Below are positions 16,767 to 26,005 of a stretch of DNA of 64,000 bases, one piece after another. Within the stretch, counting starts at the first letter, position 1; every line of letters starts with the position of its first letter. A program made the translations under genes and the position numbers. This DNA comes from an uncultured Victivallales bacterium (GTDB lineage Bacteria > Verrucomicrobiota > Kiritimatiellia > UBA8416), in NCBI GenBank assembly GCA_964497125.1, contig CAZCDU010000010.1, positions 2,888 to 66,887 on the forward strand, written 5' to 3'. The notes beneath the pieces are model-generated. The model was not told the DNA's origin. It did not search any database and worked only from the letters and a program-made list of their open reading frames with translations.

Positions 16767-19298
16767 TTAGATCTTGGCTATTTTGACGCCTGTGAACCCG
16801 CCGTTTCTCACCGTACTGCCACTAAGCCGCTCATAGTCATCAGGCATCAACATATTGTTGTTGCCTCCTCTCGGCAGCGCTTTGCTGAAATCTCCGGCGG
16901 CGACACGACCATATGCCCAGTGTCCCTGCCCGTAGCATTTAGCCACCGTGCCTGGACGGATGCCCTCCCAGAGCTTGGCCTTCACTTCGATGGTCGCATT
17001 GACAGACGTGACCTTGATCGCGTCACCGTCCTTGAGGCCCAGCTTCGCCGCATCATCCGGGTTGATCTGCAACACGTCGTCCCAGCTCTTGTCGCCCACA
17101 TCCAGTTTCTTGAACTCATGGTACCATGGACAGTTCTGGCTTCGCCCCTCCCTGTTCAGTTTGGATTTGAAGTCAATGAACGTGAAGGGGTACTCCTCGA
17201 GACTGCCATGCCGGAAGGGCGACTCGTAGTGCGGCACAAAGGCCTTCTCTCCGCGCGCTTCGTAGTTGGTAATCTCCAGGATATCGTCGACCGTCGTCTC
17301 GTACTTGTCAGCATGAGATGTCAGGGCCTTCTTCAAGGTCTCGGAATAGAACTCGAACTTGTGAGTCGCCGTTTTGAAGTGACCGCCCCAACGTTTCTTG
17401 TATGCGTAGGGCGAGGAATTCCACATCCCCCGCGCCTTGAACGCTTCCCATCCGTCGATCTTGTCACCGCCAACGTCTGCCTTGCCGTCCCACAGAGGCG
17501 CGGTCATGATCTTCAACGAATGCTCCGTGAATTCCAGCCCGTTGGTGGGCTCCTTGCCCGTCTCCGGGTCCTTGAACTCCTTCGTGAAGTAGTCAAGGAG
17601 GTTGGGGAATCCCCTCTCCTTCAGCTTCTCGGCAATCAGCCACGGGATCTCGGTTTCATCCATCTTGGCGTCCCACATGGGCTTGACCACCGGCTGAATC
17701 AGCGTTGCCGTGGCATAGCGGTTCGCCTTGGTTTTGACGAATCCAAGTTTCTCGAACGTGGTGATGCGAGCCGGCAACACAACATCAGCGAACTGAGTCA
17801 TCTCAGATGCATTGCACGTGATATCGGCAAAGAACGGAAGCTGAGCCATCGCCTCTTCCCAACGCTGTGCGCCGGTGTTCGAGAAGACGAAGTTGTTCAT
17901 GTAGGCAATCGCCACCTGGATGTCATACGGATCCTTCGCCAGCATGGCGTTAGCCGTATTGTTGGTGACCACGGCGCTGCCTGGCTTCCCCTTTTTCACG
18001 GCCGGAAACATCTTATACCCACGCTGATCGATCTTCTTCTGCTTGGTATTCGTCTGCGATAGCTCGTCCTGGTACTTGGAATAGCTTGGTATCTTGTTTA
18101 CGGGAATACTCGCACTCGCAAGCACGCCGCCTTCGTGGTCAATACAACCGACGAGGCCATTCAACGCATGTACGGCCATCGCGGAGTAACCACCCCTGAC
18201 GTGCATCGCAGCACCAGGCCCCATCCAGACGATGGCGTTCGGAGCCGCTTTCGCCAGCCCGATTGCCACGCGCACAATCTGCTCGGTGGGTATGAGCGTG
18301 AGCGTCGACGCCCATTCAGGCGTCTTGTCCTTGAGCTCCAAGTTCCACCATTTTACGACGCCATTGGTTTCCTTCTCATCAAAAGCGGTCTCATCAACTT
18401 CGACACCAGCCTTGAAGAGATTCTTCTTGTCCTTGAAGTCGCCAACGAATTCGCGACTCCAGAGGCCATTGACGAGGATGGTGTGGGCCAACGCCGAAGC
18501 GAGTGCCCCGTCTTCGCCGGGTTTAACCGGCAGCCATTCCTGTGCTTTCGTCGAGGACGAACTCAACTTCGGATCCACAACAGCGACCGTAGCCTGGTCG
18601 AGCATGTCGCCGAAACGTTTGATTGTCGCGGGGATCATTCTGTTGCTGCTAACCGGGTCGCAGCCCCAGAATATAGCATACTTTGTCTTGGACAGATCGT
18701 AGTCCCTGTAGCTCCAGTTCCCGGCCGTATAGAACGAGCCGAACTTCTCGGCCTCAGCGCAAATCGCGCTGTGCGATATCCCGTTAGGCGAGCCGAACAC
18801 CTTTGGCAGTGCGCCGTAGAGCGTGTCGCGCATGTAGGAGTACCGGCCACGCAGGAGCAGGAACTTGTGTGTTTCACCACGCTTGCGGAGCGCCATCATT
18901 TTATCTGCAATCGTATCAAGCGCTTCGTCCCAGGAAATTGGAACAAACTTGGGATCGACCCCTTTGCCCTTCTTCGGGTTCGTGCGTTTCATCGGGGTCT
19001 TGATCCTGTCGGGATCGTAGAGCTCCTGCAGTCCAATGTGCGCCTTCGGGCACAGGACTCCCTCATTCTGCTTCGAATGGCGATTTCCCCTGATCTTCAC
19101 GGCTCTGCCATCCTGCACAAAGACCTCAGCCGGGCACCATGTGGTGCATCCCTGGCAGGAGGTCGGCATCCAACTGCCGACAATGTCCGTCGCTCCGCGC
19201 TCAGAAACAGCCAATGCGCTCAGCGCAGGACCATAAACGACAGCTACGCCGCCTGCAGCCGAAGTCAACTTCATGAACCCTCTTCTCGATAGTCTCAT
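16767..19298 (-). CDS. Tat-exported molybdopterin (Mo-bisPGD) oxidoreductase catalytic subunit, Psr/Arr/Ttr-like clade
   Basis: Twin-arginine leader 'SRRGFMKLTSAAGG'. N-terminal [4Fe-4S] motif 'CQGCTTWCP...(27)...CPK'. 'HSAICAEAE' is a candidate Cys Mo-ligand motif. Length 843 aa. Confidence 0.85.
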   Translation of the reverse strand: MRLSRRGFMKLTSAAGGVAVVYGPALSALAVSERGATDIVGSWMPTSCQGCTTWCPAEVFVQDGRAVKIRGNRHSKQNEGVLCPKAHIGLQELYDPDRIKTPMKRTNPKKGKGVDPKFVPISWDEALDTIADKMMALRKRGETHKFLLLRGRYSYMRDTLYGALPKVFGSPNGISHSAICAEAEKFGSFYTAGNWSYRDYDLSKTKYAIFWGCDPVSSNRMIPATIKRFGDMLDQATVAVVDPKLSSSSTKAQEWLPVKPGEDGALASALAHTILVNGLWSREFVGDFKDKKNLFKAGVEVDETAFDEKETNGVVKWWNLELKDKTPEWASTLTLIPTEQIVRVAIGLAKAAPNAIVWMGPGAAMHVRGGYSAMAVHALNGLVGCIDHEGGVLASASIPVNKIPSYSKYQDELSQTNTKQKKIDQRGYKMFPAVKKGKPGSAVVTNNTANAMLAKDPYDIQVAIAYMNNFVFSNTGAQRWEEAMAQLPFFADITCNASEMTQFADVVLPARITTFEKLGFVKTKANRYATATLIQPVVKPMWDAKMDETEIPWLIAEKLKERGFPNLLDYFTKEFKDPETGKEPTNGLEFTEHSLKIMTAPLWDGKADVGGDKIDGWEAFKARGMWNSSPYAYKKRWGGHFKTATHKFEFYSETLKKALTSHADKYETTVDDILEITNYEARGEKAFVPHYESPFRHGSLEEYPFTFIDFKSKLNREGRSQNCPWYHEFKKLDVGDKSWDDVLQINPDDAAKLGLKDGDAIKVTSVNATIEVKAKLWEGIRPGTVAKCYGQGHWAYGRVAAGDFSKALPRGGNNNMLMPDDYERLSGSTVRNGGFTGVKIAKI

Positions 19299-19382
19299 CT
19301 TGCCTTCTCCTTGTGTTTCAGCGTCCGCGCACGCATGTGGCGTCCTGTGCCCCGGAATGCCCGTTCCCAGCCGTCAGTCAAT

Positions 19383-20879
19383 TCACTCCTCCTCGAGTTC
19401 CACAATCGCATCTTCGAAATACTCAATCGCAATATCCAGAAGCAGGGCGGCGTACTTCTTGTTGTGAACCCCGCCGCCGGCACGGACAATCCCAAGATTT
19501 GTCCGTCCATTCTTAATCAACGTTTCAGCCTTCTCGATGGCCGAGGCAGACCGCTTGCCCTTCGCCTGTGCCAGAGCGTCAACGGCTGCGGCTTCATACT
19601 CAACGGCTTCCTCCAGGATCTCCTCCACATCGCTTTTCCACTTCTTGATGAGGGCGCCTTCCTTCTCGGAGTGGCAGTTCACGCAGACACTGGCCGTGGC
19701 GAGCTTCTTCGTTCTGCCCTTGGCATCAAAGGCGTCCACAATGTGACAGGCAAGACACCCCATCTCGACATCGTGGTGCTTGATTGGCATAGGCGTGTCC
19801 AAGCCCTTGCCTCCTGTGCCTGAGATCAGCAACCGCTTGTTTTGATGCGGGGTGGCATGGCACGCCTTACAGTCGCTCAGCGAAGCGTCGAAGTGGTCAA
19901 AGCCCTCAGGAGCCTTGCCGTGTTCGATAATCTCGTGGCAGCTGAAACAGCTGGCCGTCTGGGGCGCTACATGCTTTTCGTGCATCAGCTCTGCGTCACA
20001 AGCGTCCTTCATGATTTCCTGATCGTATTCGTGGCACTCCAGGCAGCGCTGCTCCCGCATTACGCCGGTTCCCCTGACTTGGTGGAGATGGCAACTCGCG
20101 CAGGCGACCCCTCTTTGCTCAAGGATCTTGTGCGTGACAAGCTCCTCGCCGTCCGAAGCATCATCCCTGAAAGGCTTCTCCGGGACCGTGTGGCACAATG
20201 AGCATGCGGCCTGCTCCTCGTTCATCTCCACGTTCTTGAAGTGACACAAATGGCAGGTCTTCGCCGCGACCTCCATGTGGTGATCTGCAGTCTCGTGGCG
20301 GTGACAGATGCTGCAATGCTTCTCCTGACCCGCCATCCAGTTGTCCTCTTTGAAATGTGCTTTATGCACGAATGGGACGGTTGATTCAGACCCGTCCTTT
20401 CGCGTGTAAGAGGCAAATGTGAGCCGATTGGTCATCCACTGCCCTGCTTCGGCGTCCTCGTCAGTGGAATGGCAACCGGATGCCGTGCAGCTGCCATCAT
20501 TGACAAGCGCTGCTTTCTGGACCGTACTCGCGCTGGTCCCAAGGTATGAGAAGAGCTGTCCAAGGCCCTTGAACTTGGCTCTCAACGTATGATGCTCGCC
20601 CGGCGGATAGTGACAATCCACGCACGTCACCCCCTCTTCGGCGTGCTCCGACTTTGCCCACGTCGCATGATAACTGTCCATGATATGACAGCTTCCACAG
20701 AAGGTAGGGCGCGAGGTCGAATACTCAGCCCCGCAAACGAGGATCACCAGGAAGAGGACCACGCCCCCGATGAACAGCAACCAGCGGCGCCGAATTCTGT
20801 CGAGCCATATCACCACCCGACGGCCAACGGGGCCGATGGGCGGCACCTCAACGTTTCTGCTCTGAGAGTCTTTCTTCAT
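19383..20879 (-). CDS. membrane-anchored multiheme cytochrome c, NapC/NirT/NrfH family (about 11-12 hemes)
   Basis: N-terminal TM helix. Eleven CxxCH motifs: CGSCH, CVDCH, CSICH, CHLCH, CSLCH, CASCH, CLECH, CFSCH, CKACH, CLACH, CVNCH. One additional CX4CH, 'CTASGCH'. Confidence 0.85.
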   Translation of the reverse strand: MKKDSQSRNVEVPPIGPVGRRVVIWLDRIRRRWLLFIGGVVLFLVILVCGAEYSTSRPTFCGSCHIMDSYHATWAKSEHAEEGVTCVDCHYPPGEHHTLRAKFKGLGQLFSYLGTSASTVQKAALVNDGSCTASGCHSTDEDAEAGQWMTNRLTFASYTRKDGSESTVPFVHKAHFKEDNWMAGQEKHCSICHRHETADHHMEVAAKTCHLCHFKNVEMNEEQAACSLCHTVPEKPFRDDASDGEELVTHKILEQRGVACASCHLHQVRGTGVMREQRCLECHEYDQEIMKDACDAELMHEKHVAPQTASCFSCHEIIEHGKAPEGFDHFDASLSDCKACHATPHQNKRLLISGTGGKGLDTPMPIKHHDVEMGCLACHIVDAFDAKGRTKKLATASVCVNCHSEKEGALIKKWKSDVEEILEEAVEYEAAAVDALAQAKGKRSASAIEKAETLIKNGRTNLGIVRAGGGVHNKKYAALLLDIAIEYFEDAIVELEEE

Positions 20880-21367
20880 ATCAGTATGACATCCTGTTGC
20901 GTCTGGTTGACGGCGGGAGAGAGCCCTATCCTGCTCCTATGGCAAAACGAAGGTCCGATGGCGTTGTGCAACGCATCCATCAGGCACTCCCAGGAGGCCG
21001 ACCGCTCAATAAAAGTATGTACGGACCTCCACAGCCGGTCCATTCGCGACGCCATGCCGACCCTCAGCCCCATGGCAGTGCCCATTGCGCTGACGACGAT
21101 CACCGGCGTATCCCGCGTTGCCGGGTCGCTTCTCAGTTCGGAAAGAACCTGCAGTCCCTCCGAGCCGCCGGGCTTCATGACGTCGAGTACGATGAGATCG
21201 GGCTTCACATTCTTAGCCGTGCGCACAGCGTCTGCCCCGCACGTCGCCGCAAGCACGGGATACTCCGAGCCAACCGCACGACAAGTCGCTGCGAGCCACT
21301 GCGGGTTACCATCGACAACAAGAACCGTCCGAGGCCGTGGTCTCTGTGGCATGTACGCGGCACTCAT
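20876..21367 (-). CDS. stand-alone response-regulator receiver protein
   Basis: CheY-like pattern 'TVLVVDGNP...DLIVLDVMKPGGSEG...PVIVVSA'. Start set at 'MSAAYMP'. It overlaps the cytochrome gene start by 4 bp. Confidence 0.55.
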   Translation of the reverse strand: MSAAYMPQRPRPRTVLVVDGNPQWLAATCRAVGSEYPVLAATCGADAVRTAKNVKPDLIVLDVMKPGGSEGLQVLSELRSDPATRDTPVIVVSAMGTAMGLRVGMASRMDRLWRSVHTFIERSASWECLMDALHNAIGPSFCHRSRIGLSPAVNQTQQDVILI

Positions 21368-21443
21368 GCGAACCTCCAACATCATATTTGCAGTGACAAC
21401 ACCCTGTCCTATCGTGTCCAATTGTCGCATGGGCTTGGCAAGT

Positions 21444-21500
21444 CCGCATCCGCCTGAAATGCGGGTTTTCTGACAAAACCGCATCCGTACAAAATACGGA
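21444..21500. terminator. cluster of overlapping GC-rich hairpins between narL-like gene and downstream operon (terminator/attenuator candidate)
   Basis: CCGCAT-ccgcctgaa-ATGCGG, ATGCGGGTTTT-ctgac-AAAACCGCAT and CCGTA-caaaa-TACGG share arms, so they form mutually exclusive structures. Confidence 0.4.
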
Positions 21501-21566
21501 CAGGGAGGGAAGGAGGGGGGGGCGGCAACAGGGGCGCACGTGTGGCGGCTAGCAGGAGCGACGGCT

Positions 21567-22226
21567 CTACTGCAAGGGCGTGAACAGCCCGTTCCGCATG
21601 GCGAAGGAAACGAGCTCAGCGCGGCTCGAAACCTGAAGCTTGCCCATAATGTGTTCCCGGTGGGACTGAACCGTTCGCACCGAGATGCTCAGCAGCGTGG
21701 CAATCTCTGCATTCGTGTGCCCGTGGGCAAGCAATCGGCAGACTTCACGCTCCCGCGAGGTGAGAGAGGCCAACTCGGGATCACGATCAAGTTTGCGCTC
21801 GGTACCCGCAAAAGCGGATACCGCGTTCTCAACAACAGCCTTGTCCCAGTAGACGCCGCCATCGCCAACACGCTGAATCGCTTCAAGTAGCTCATCACCG
21901 GTCGATCGCTTGAGAACAAACCCCTTTACACCCAGCCGGATCATGTCCTGCGCGTAATACTCCTCCTGGTGCATGGTCAGGACGATGACCTTGAGATCCG
22001 GTGACTGTTTCAGTGCCTGTCGCGCCACAACGATGCCGGACATGTCAGGTAGGCTGATATCGAGAAGTAGGAGATCAGGGCTGCAGGCACTCAACTGATC
22101 CAGGGTCTCCTCCCCGGTTCCCGCTTCACCAACAATGCTCAAGCCAGGCTGCTGCTCGAGAAAGATGCGCATGGCCTTTCTGAACATCGCGTGGTCATCT
22201 GCCAGAAGTAGCCTTGTGGGGGTCAT
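21567..22226 (-). CDS. NarL/FixJ-family response regulator (receiver + LuxR-type HTH)
   Basis: Receiver 'LLLADDHAMFRKAM...DLLLLDISLPDMSG' and C-terminal HTH 'LTSREREVCRLLAHGHTNAEIATLLSISVRTVQSHREHIMGKL'. Confidence 0.85.
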   Translation of the reverse strand: MTPTRLLLADDHAMFRKAMRIFLEQQPGLSIVGEAGTGEETLDQLSACSPDLLLLDISLPDMSGIVVARQALKQSPDLKVIVLTMHQEEYYAQDMIRLGVKGFVLKRSTGDELLEAIQRVGDGGVYWDKAVVENAVSAFAGTERKLDRDPELASLTSREREVCRLLAHGHTNAEIATLLSISVRTVQSHREHIMGKLQVSSRAELVSFAMRNGLFTPLQ

Positions 22227-23683
22227 GCGTGTTGCTCCGTTTCGCTCAGCAGGGGCACTCGCGCACGTACGGTTGTGCCTTCACCAACATCCGATGTAAT
22301 ATCCAGCTCTCCCCCCAGAAGCGAGCATCTTTCGCTCATGCTCAACAGGCCCAATCCTCGACCGGGAGTCGCCTGATCGGTGCGGAAACCGATCCCATCA
22401 TCTTCAAAAAGCAGCGTGGCCTGCTGCGGATCAATCAGCAGAATCACGCTGACATGCGATGGCTGCGCATGCCGGATGGCATTGGTAATCGCCTCCTGTG
22501 CGATGCGGTAAAAGGCCACCTCCACGGGTTCAGGAAGCCGTTGGCTGCCGTCAGCGCAATTCGTCTCGTAATCGATCCGCACCTGGTGCCTTGCGGCCGT
22601 ATCTTTCACGTAGGCCCGCAATGCCGAGTCCAAACCATAGTCGTCGAGAACCGAAGGATGCATGCCCTTACTAACCTGGCGGACCTCTTCAATGAGGTCG
22701 CCAATCCTCTCCTGGTGGCCCCCGCAGGAATCGCCGCAGTGATCGCCGTTGCTTTGAGATTTCATATCGACCAGAAGGGCCAATAACGATTGGCCAATCT
22801 GATCGTGCAATTCACGCGAGATCACCTTCCGCTCCCGTTCCTGTGCCGTGATGATGCGTTGCACGAGAGCAGCACGAGCATTCTCCTTCTCAAGGATGGT
22901 CCGGTGGTTCTGCGCCAGCGTTTCGGCCATCTCGTTGAATGCGGTTGCCAGGTCGCCAATCTCATCGCCTGAAAACACCGTGGCCCGCGCATCAAGGTTA
23001 TGCTGACTGACTTGTTGTACGGCTTCGTTAAGGCGATGCACCGGGTGCGTGATGGCCAGTGAGAGAAGCAATGCCAGCCCAATGCCAATAGCCGCGCAAA
23101 TCGCCAGGCTGGCAAGAACCGTATTGCGCAGCGAAGCCAACTCTTCAGCGATCATGCGATGACTCCACCCCAATTGCACGTATCCGACGAGTCCCCCCAT
23201 CACGGGACGAAGGGCCTCAAAGATCAGACCATCCTCCTTGGCATCCACCACGCGAAAGGCATCGTTCGGAAACGACTGATATTGGGGCCGCGAAAGCAGG
23301 CCATCAGGGACAGTGCCGTCAAAGGTGTGCGTCAGGATGACACCATCCGAATCCCGTACCAGGATGTAGAGAATATCGGCGTGCCGTGCTCTTGTTTTCG
23401 ACAGGATCTGCCGGACCGCCACAACATCGTGAACGCTGAGCGGGCGGGCGAGATAGTCCGCGAGTGATTCGGTTTCGCTGATGGTCCTCTCCGTCAGCGA
23501 CGCGTTGAGGTTTTCTTGTAGCGTGTCACGCGTCCTAACGAATGTGATGACCCCAAAGCATGCAGCCACGATCGCGCCAATGCCCATCATCTTCACGAGG
23601 ATCGGAACAGACAGAATCGACCATACGGCTCCTCCCGCCGGACGCTGCCCTGTACCCGTTCCGCTCATGGAGCACTGAGCCAT
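22223..23683 (-). CDS. sensor histidine kinase, NarX-like (HAMP + HisKA_3 + HATPase)
   Basis: Two TM segments flank a periplasmic domain. H-box 'ISRELHDQIGQSL' (HisKA_3) and an ATPase-domain G-box 'DDGIGF...GRGLGLLSMSER'. Contains an unusual 'CGDSCGGH' insert. Confidence 0.85.
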   Translation of the reverse strand: MAQCSMSGTGTGQRPAGGAVWSILSVPILVKMMGIGAIVAACFGVITFVRTRDTLQENLNASLTERTISETESLADYLARPLSVHDVVAVRQILSKTRARHADILYILVRDSDGVILTHTFDGTVPDGLLSRPQYQSFPNDAFRVVDAKEDGLIFEALRPVMGGLVGYVQLGWSHRMIAEELASLRNTVLASLAICAAIGIGLALLLSLAITHPVHRLNEAVQQVSQHNLDARATVFSGDEIGDLATAFNEMAETLAQNHRTILEKENARAALVQRIITAQERERKVISRELHDQIGQSLLALLVDMKSQSNGDHCGDSCGGHQERIGDLIEEVRQVSKGMHPSVLDDYGLDSALRAYVKDTAARHQVRIDYETNCADGSQRLPEPVEVAFYRIAQEAITNAIRHAQPSHVSVILLIDPQQATLLFEDDGIGFRTDQATPGRGLGLLSMSERCSLLGGELDITSDVGEGTTVRARVPLLSETEQHA

Positions 23684-24681
23684 GAGGTGTGTAGGTCACG
23701 GACGTAATCGTAATCCTCATCACGCGGCGCAAAGAAAAGATCGAAATCCAGGGCCTCCAGAATGCGCTTACCTTCCGCTTCCGTGTGCATGGCCAGCAGG
23801 ATCTGCTGCAACTCGACAAACCGGTCGTCCGGCAGATCGGTAGGAACGATCAGCGGGGGCATCCCAAAGGGAGGCGAGCGGTGAATGACCTTCAACTTCT
23901 CTCCTAGAGCGGGATCTGAAGCCACCATCTGCTCGTAGACAATACTATCAACCGCGGCGGCGTCCACAACGCCCGCCTTGACTGCAAACACAGATTGATC
24001 GTGACTTCCGCTTATGATGTGCTTTCCGAAGAAGGTTCCCGCATCAAGGCCCTTCTTTTTCAGAAGCGTCATGGGATAGAGCCACCCGGAGGTCGACAGA
24101 ACATCACCGGAGGCAAAACGTTTGCCTCGCAAGTCCGTCAGCGCCGAGATGCTGCTTGAGGACGGAACAATGATTAGCGAATGATAATCACGCCTACCCC
24201 CTATCTCAGGTGCGGCCAGAAGCCGCGCACTGAACGCCGTTTCGGCTAGCACATAGGAATAGGTACACACCATTGCCACATCACACTGCCGCATACGGAT
24301 GAGATCGTTGACCTCGGAGTAGTTCTTCCCACGCATCAGGGACGGCGACAGCTCCATCTTCCCGGCGATATACCCAATCAGGGCGCCATACAACCCGACA
24401 GAGGCCTCCGGCGAAATCACAGGCGCGATGGCAACACGGAGAACGGACTCCGTCCCGCCTCCCATTCGGGGCAACTCAACATGAACACCGTCACGAATAT
24501 GTAAATCCAGCGTTGCCTCAGGCGAAAGCCTCTCCCCATCACGGTCGAGAAAAATAAATGCAACGACCCCAACCGCCAGTACGACAGCCGTAAGGGCCAG
24601 CGCGAAGCAGATCACAGGAGATCGACCGCCGCCAGAATCATCTCTATCTCTCTTCATTCTATAACCTTTGTCCAGATGCAC
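23665..24681 (-). CDS. PhnD-like periplasmic substrate-binding protein (phosphonate/phosphite-binding family) associated with the sensor kinase
   Basis: 338 aa with an N-terminal TM/signal region. The SBP fold resembles PhnD/PtxB ('LRVAIAPVISPE...GYIAGKM...DVAMVCTYSYV'). No ABC transporter partner nearby. It overlaps the kinase start. Confidence 0.6.
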   Translation of the reverse strand: MHLDKGYRMKRDRDDSGGGRSPVICFALALTAVVLAVGVVAFIFLDRDGERLSPEATLDLHIRDGVHVELPRMGGGTESVLRVAIAPVISPEASVGLYGALIGYIAGKMELSPSLMRGKNYSEVNDLIRMRQCDVAMVCTYSYVLAETAFSARLLAAPEIGGRRDYHSLIIVPSSSSISALTDLRGKRFASGDVLSTSGWLYPMTLLKKKGLDAGTFFGKHIISGSHDQSVFAVKAGVVDAAAVDSIVYEQMVASDPALGEKLKVIHRSPPFGMPPLIVPTDLPDDRFVELQQILLAMHTEAEGKRILEALDFDLFFAPRDEDYDYVRDLHTSWLSAP

Positions 24682-24782
24682 CGTGCCCGATCATGGCGAC
24701 AGCCTCGCCCATGTCATCACTCCAGCAGGCACAATGCCACCAACAGACAGGCGATCCAGATCCACGCTCATCTGCCACAGAT

Positions 24783-25169
24783 TCAGCCCTGCATCTTTTG
24801 AATGAGCTCGAGCAGAACTGAAGCATCAACCGGTTTCTCAAGGAACTCCTGCACGGGCATCCAGTCCGAATCGATGTCCTCACCCGAGAAATCCATAGGG
24901 AATTCCTGGTTAACTCCGGTCAGCATAATGATTGGCAGCGCCTCCAGGTCGCGGTTGTGTCTTATCTGCCGGGCAAGATCAAAGCCCGCTGCCGGATTCT
25001 CAGGGAACATGACGTCGAGGATCAGGATGTCCGGTCGATCATCAAGCAACACTTGCACTGCATTCTCCGTCTCGTGCAGAAGACTCACGTCATGGCCTAC
25101 GCTGCTGATAATAGCGGCCGTATTCCGTGCGATCTCGACGTCATCATCTATAATTTTGATCTTTGCCAT
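24783..25169 (-). CDS. stand-alone response-regulator receiver protein
   Basis: CheY-like 'KIKIIDDDVEIAR...DILILDVMFPENPAAGFDLARQI...PIIMLTG'. Start set at 'MAKIKII'. Confidence 0.6.
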   Translation of the reverse strand: MAKIKIIDDDVEIARNTAAIISSVGHDVSLLHETENAVQVLLDDRPDILILDVMFPENPAAGFDLARQIRHNRDLEALPIIMLTGVNQEFPMDFSGEDIDSDWMPVQEFLEKPVDASVLLELIQKMQG

Positions 25170-25243
25170 ACGCCTTGCTCCCATTTTCGTAAAACCCAAC
25201 GCCCCCAAGAAGGAGTGTGTTTCGTTTGCGATCCGTGACTCGT

Positions 25244-25702
25244 CTAGAAGTACTGCATCGCCATCATCTTCTTGATCATGACGATATCACGCTCCTCAAT
25301 GTGCATGAGTGTCTCCACCGCATCACGCGCTTCACCCACTATTACCGATTGATCCAGGACATCTCGATACAGCTCCATCACTTGGGTGTCGTACGTGAGG
25401 GCGTTCTCCAGAAGCATACTGCCGGTTACATCCTCGGGGGGCGTATCGGGAACGTGAGAGCTCTCGTCCGGGGCGAAAGGAATGTCGCGCTCCATCTCAA
25501 TGGCGCGCATCTGCTCCTGCTCAGTCGCACCCAGCCCCGCGAGCCCCTGCTCCTGGTGACGGTGATGGCGGGCCAAGTGGTACGTCAGGAGACGCACCTC
25601 GTTGTCCGCTGCGGAATCCCGGACCGACGCATAGAAATGGACCAGGCGCTCATCAAATGCTGCAGCTCGATCCAACAGCTCACCCAGTGTTACGGTGTCC
25701 AC
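25244..25702 (-). CDS. hypothetical protein (152 aa, acidic, helical)
   Basis: ORF only. Codon usage is consistent with neighbours. No family was recognised. Confidence 0.35.
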   Translation of the reverse strand: MDTVTLGELLDRAAAFDERLVHFYASVRDSAADNEVRLLTYHLARHHRHQEQGLAGLGATEQEQMRAIEMERDIPFAPDESSHVPDTPPEDVTGSMLLENALTYDTQVMELYRDVLDQSVIVGEARDAVETLMHIEERDIVMIKKMMAMQYF

Positions 25703-26005
25703 AAGCCCTCCGTCGACTGACCGCCTGCCAGCCTGAGACTTTCACCGCCAGCCAAACCATCAGGAATAGAATGCATATCCATTGTGACAGTGTACCGGAC
25801 ACCATGGTTGCCGGACAATCAGAAATCCGGTGAATGTTGTGAGCCGCGCACCTTCAGTTTTTTCTTTCAGAATAAGCCCGCCCACGCGATACTTGCCGTC
25901 GCGGAGGAAAAAGGCGACCGATCATAAACTTGGCGCACGCCAAATGCGCAAGCGAAATTGAGCACGCTACGAGTACATTGAGCTCATGAAACCGAGGCAT
26001 GCAAC

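Noticed and set aside
16551-18062. Long antisense ORFs opposite real genes
   Set aside because: Examples are 7758..8786 (+), 16551..18062 (+), 18135..19292 (+), 32949..34184 (+), 35544..36608 (+), 36687..37625 (+), 1165..1878 (+) and 22214..22786 (+). They are shadow ORFs typical of high-GC DNA. They lie entirely inside well-supported genes on the opposite strand and have no recognisable protein features.
16767-19298. Selenocysteine (in-frame TGA) in the molybdoenzyme, as in formate dehydrogenases
   Set aside because: The 843-aa reading frame is uninterrupted. The candidate Mo ligand is encoded as Cys, and no SECIS-like context is needed.
20897-21457. 186-aa plus-strand ORF between the cytochrome and the narL-like gene
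   Set aside because: It lies antisense to the receiver-domain gene and its end reaches the hairpin cluster (through about 21457). A minus-strand CheY-like receiver protein explains the region better.
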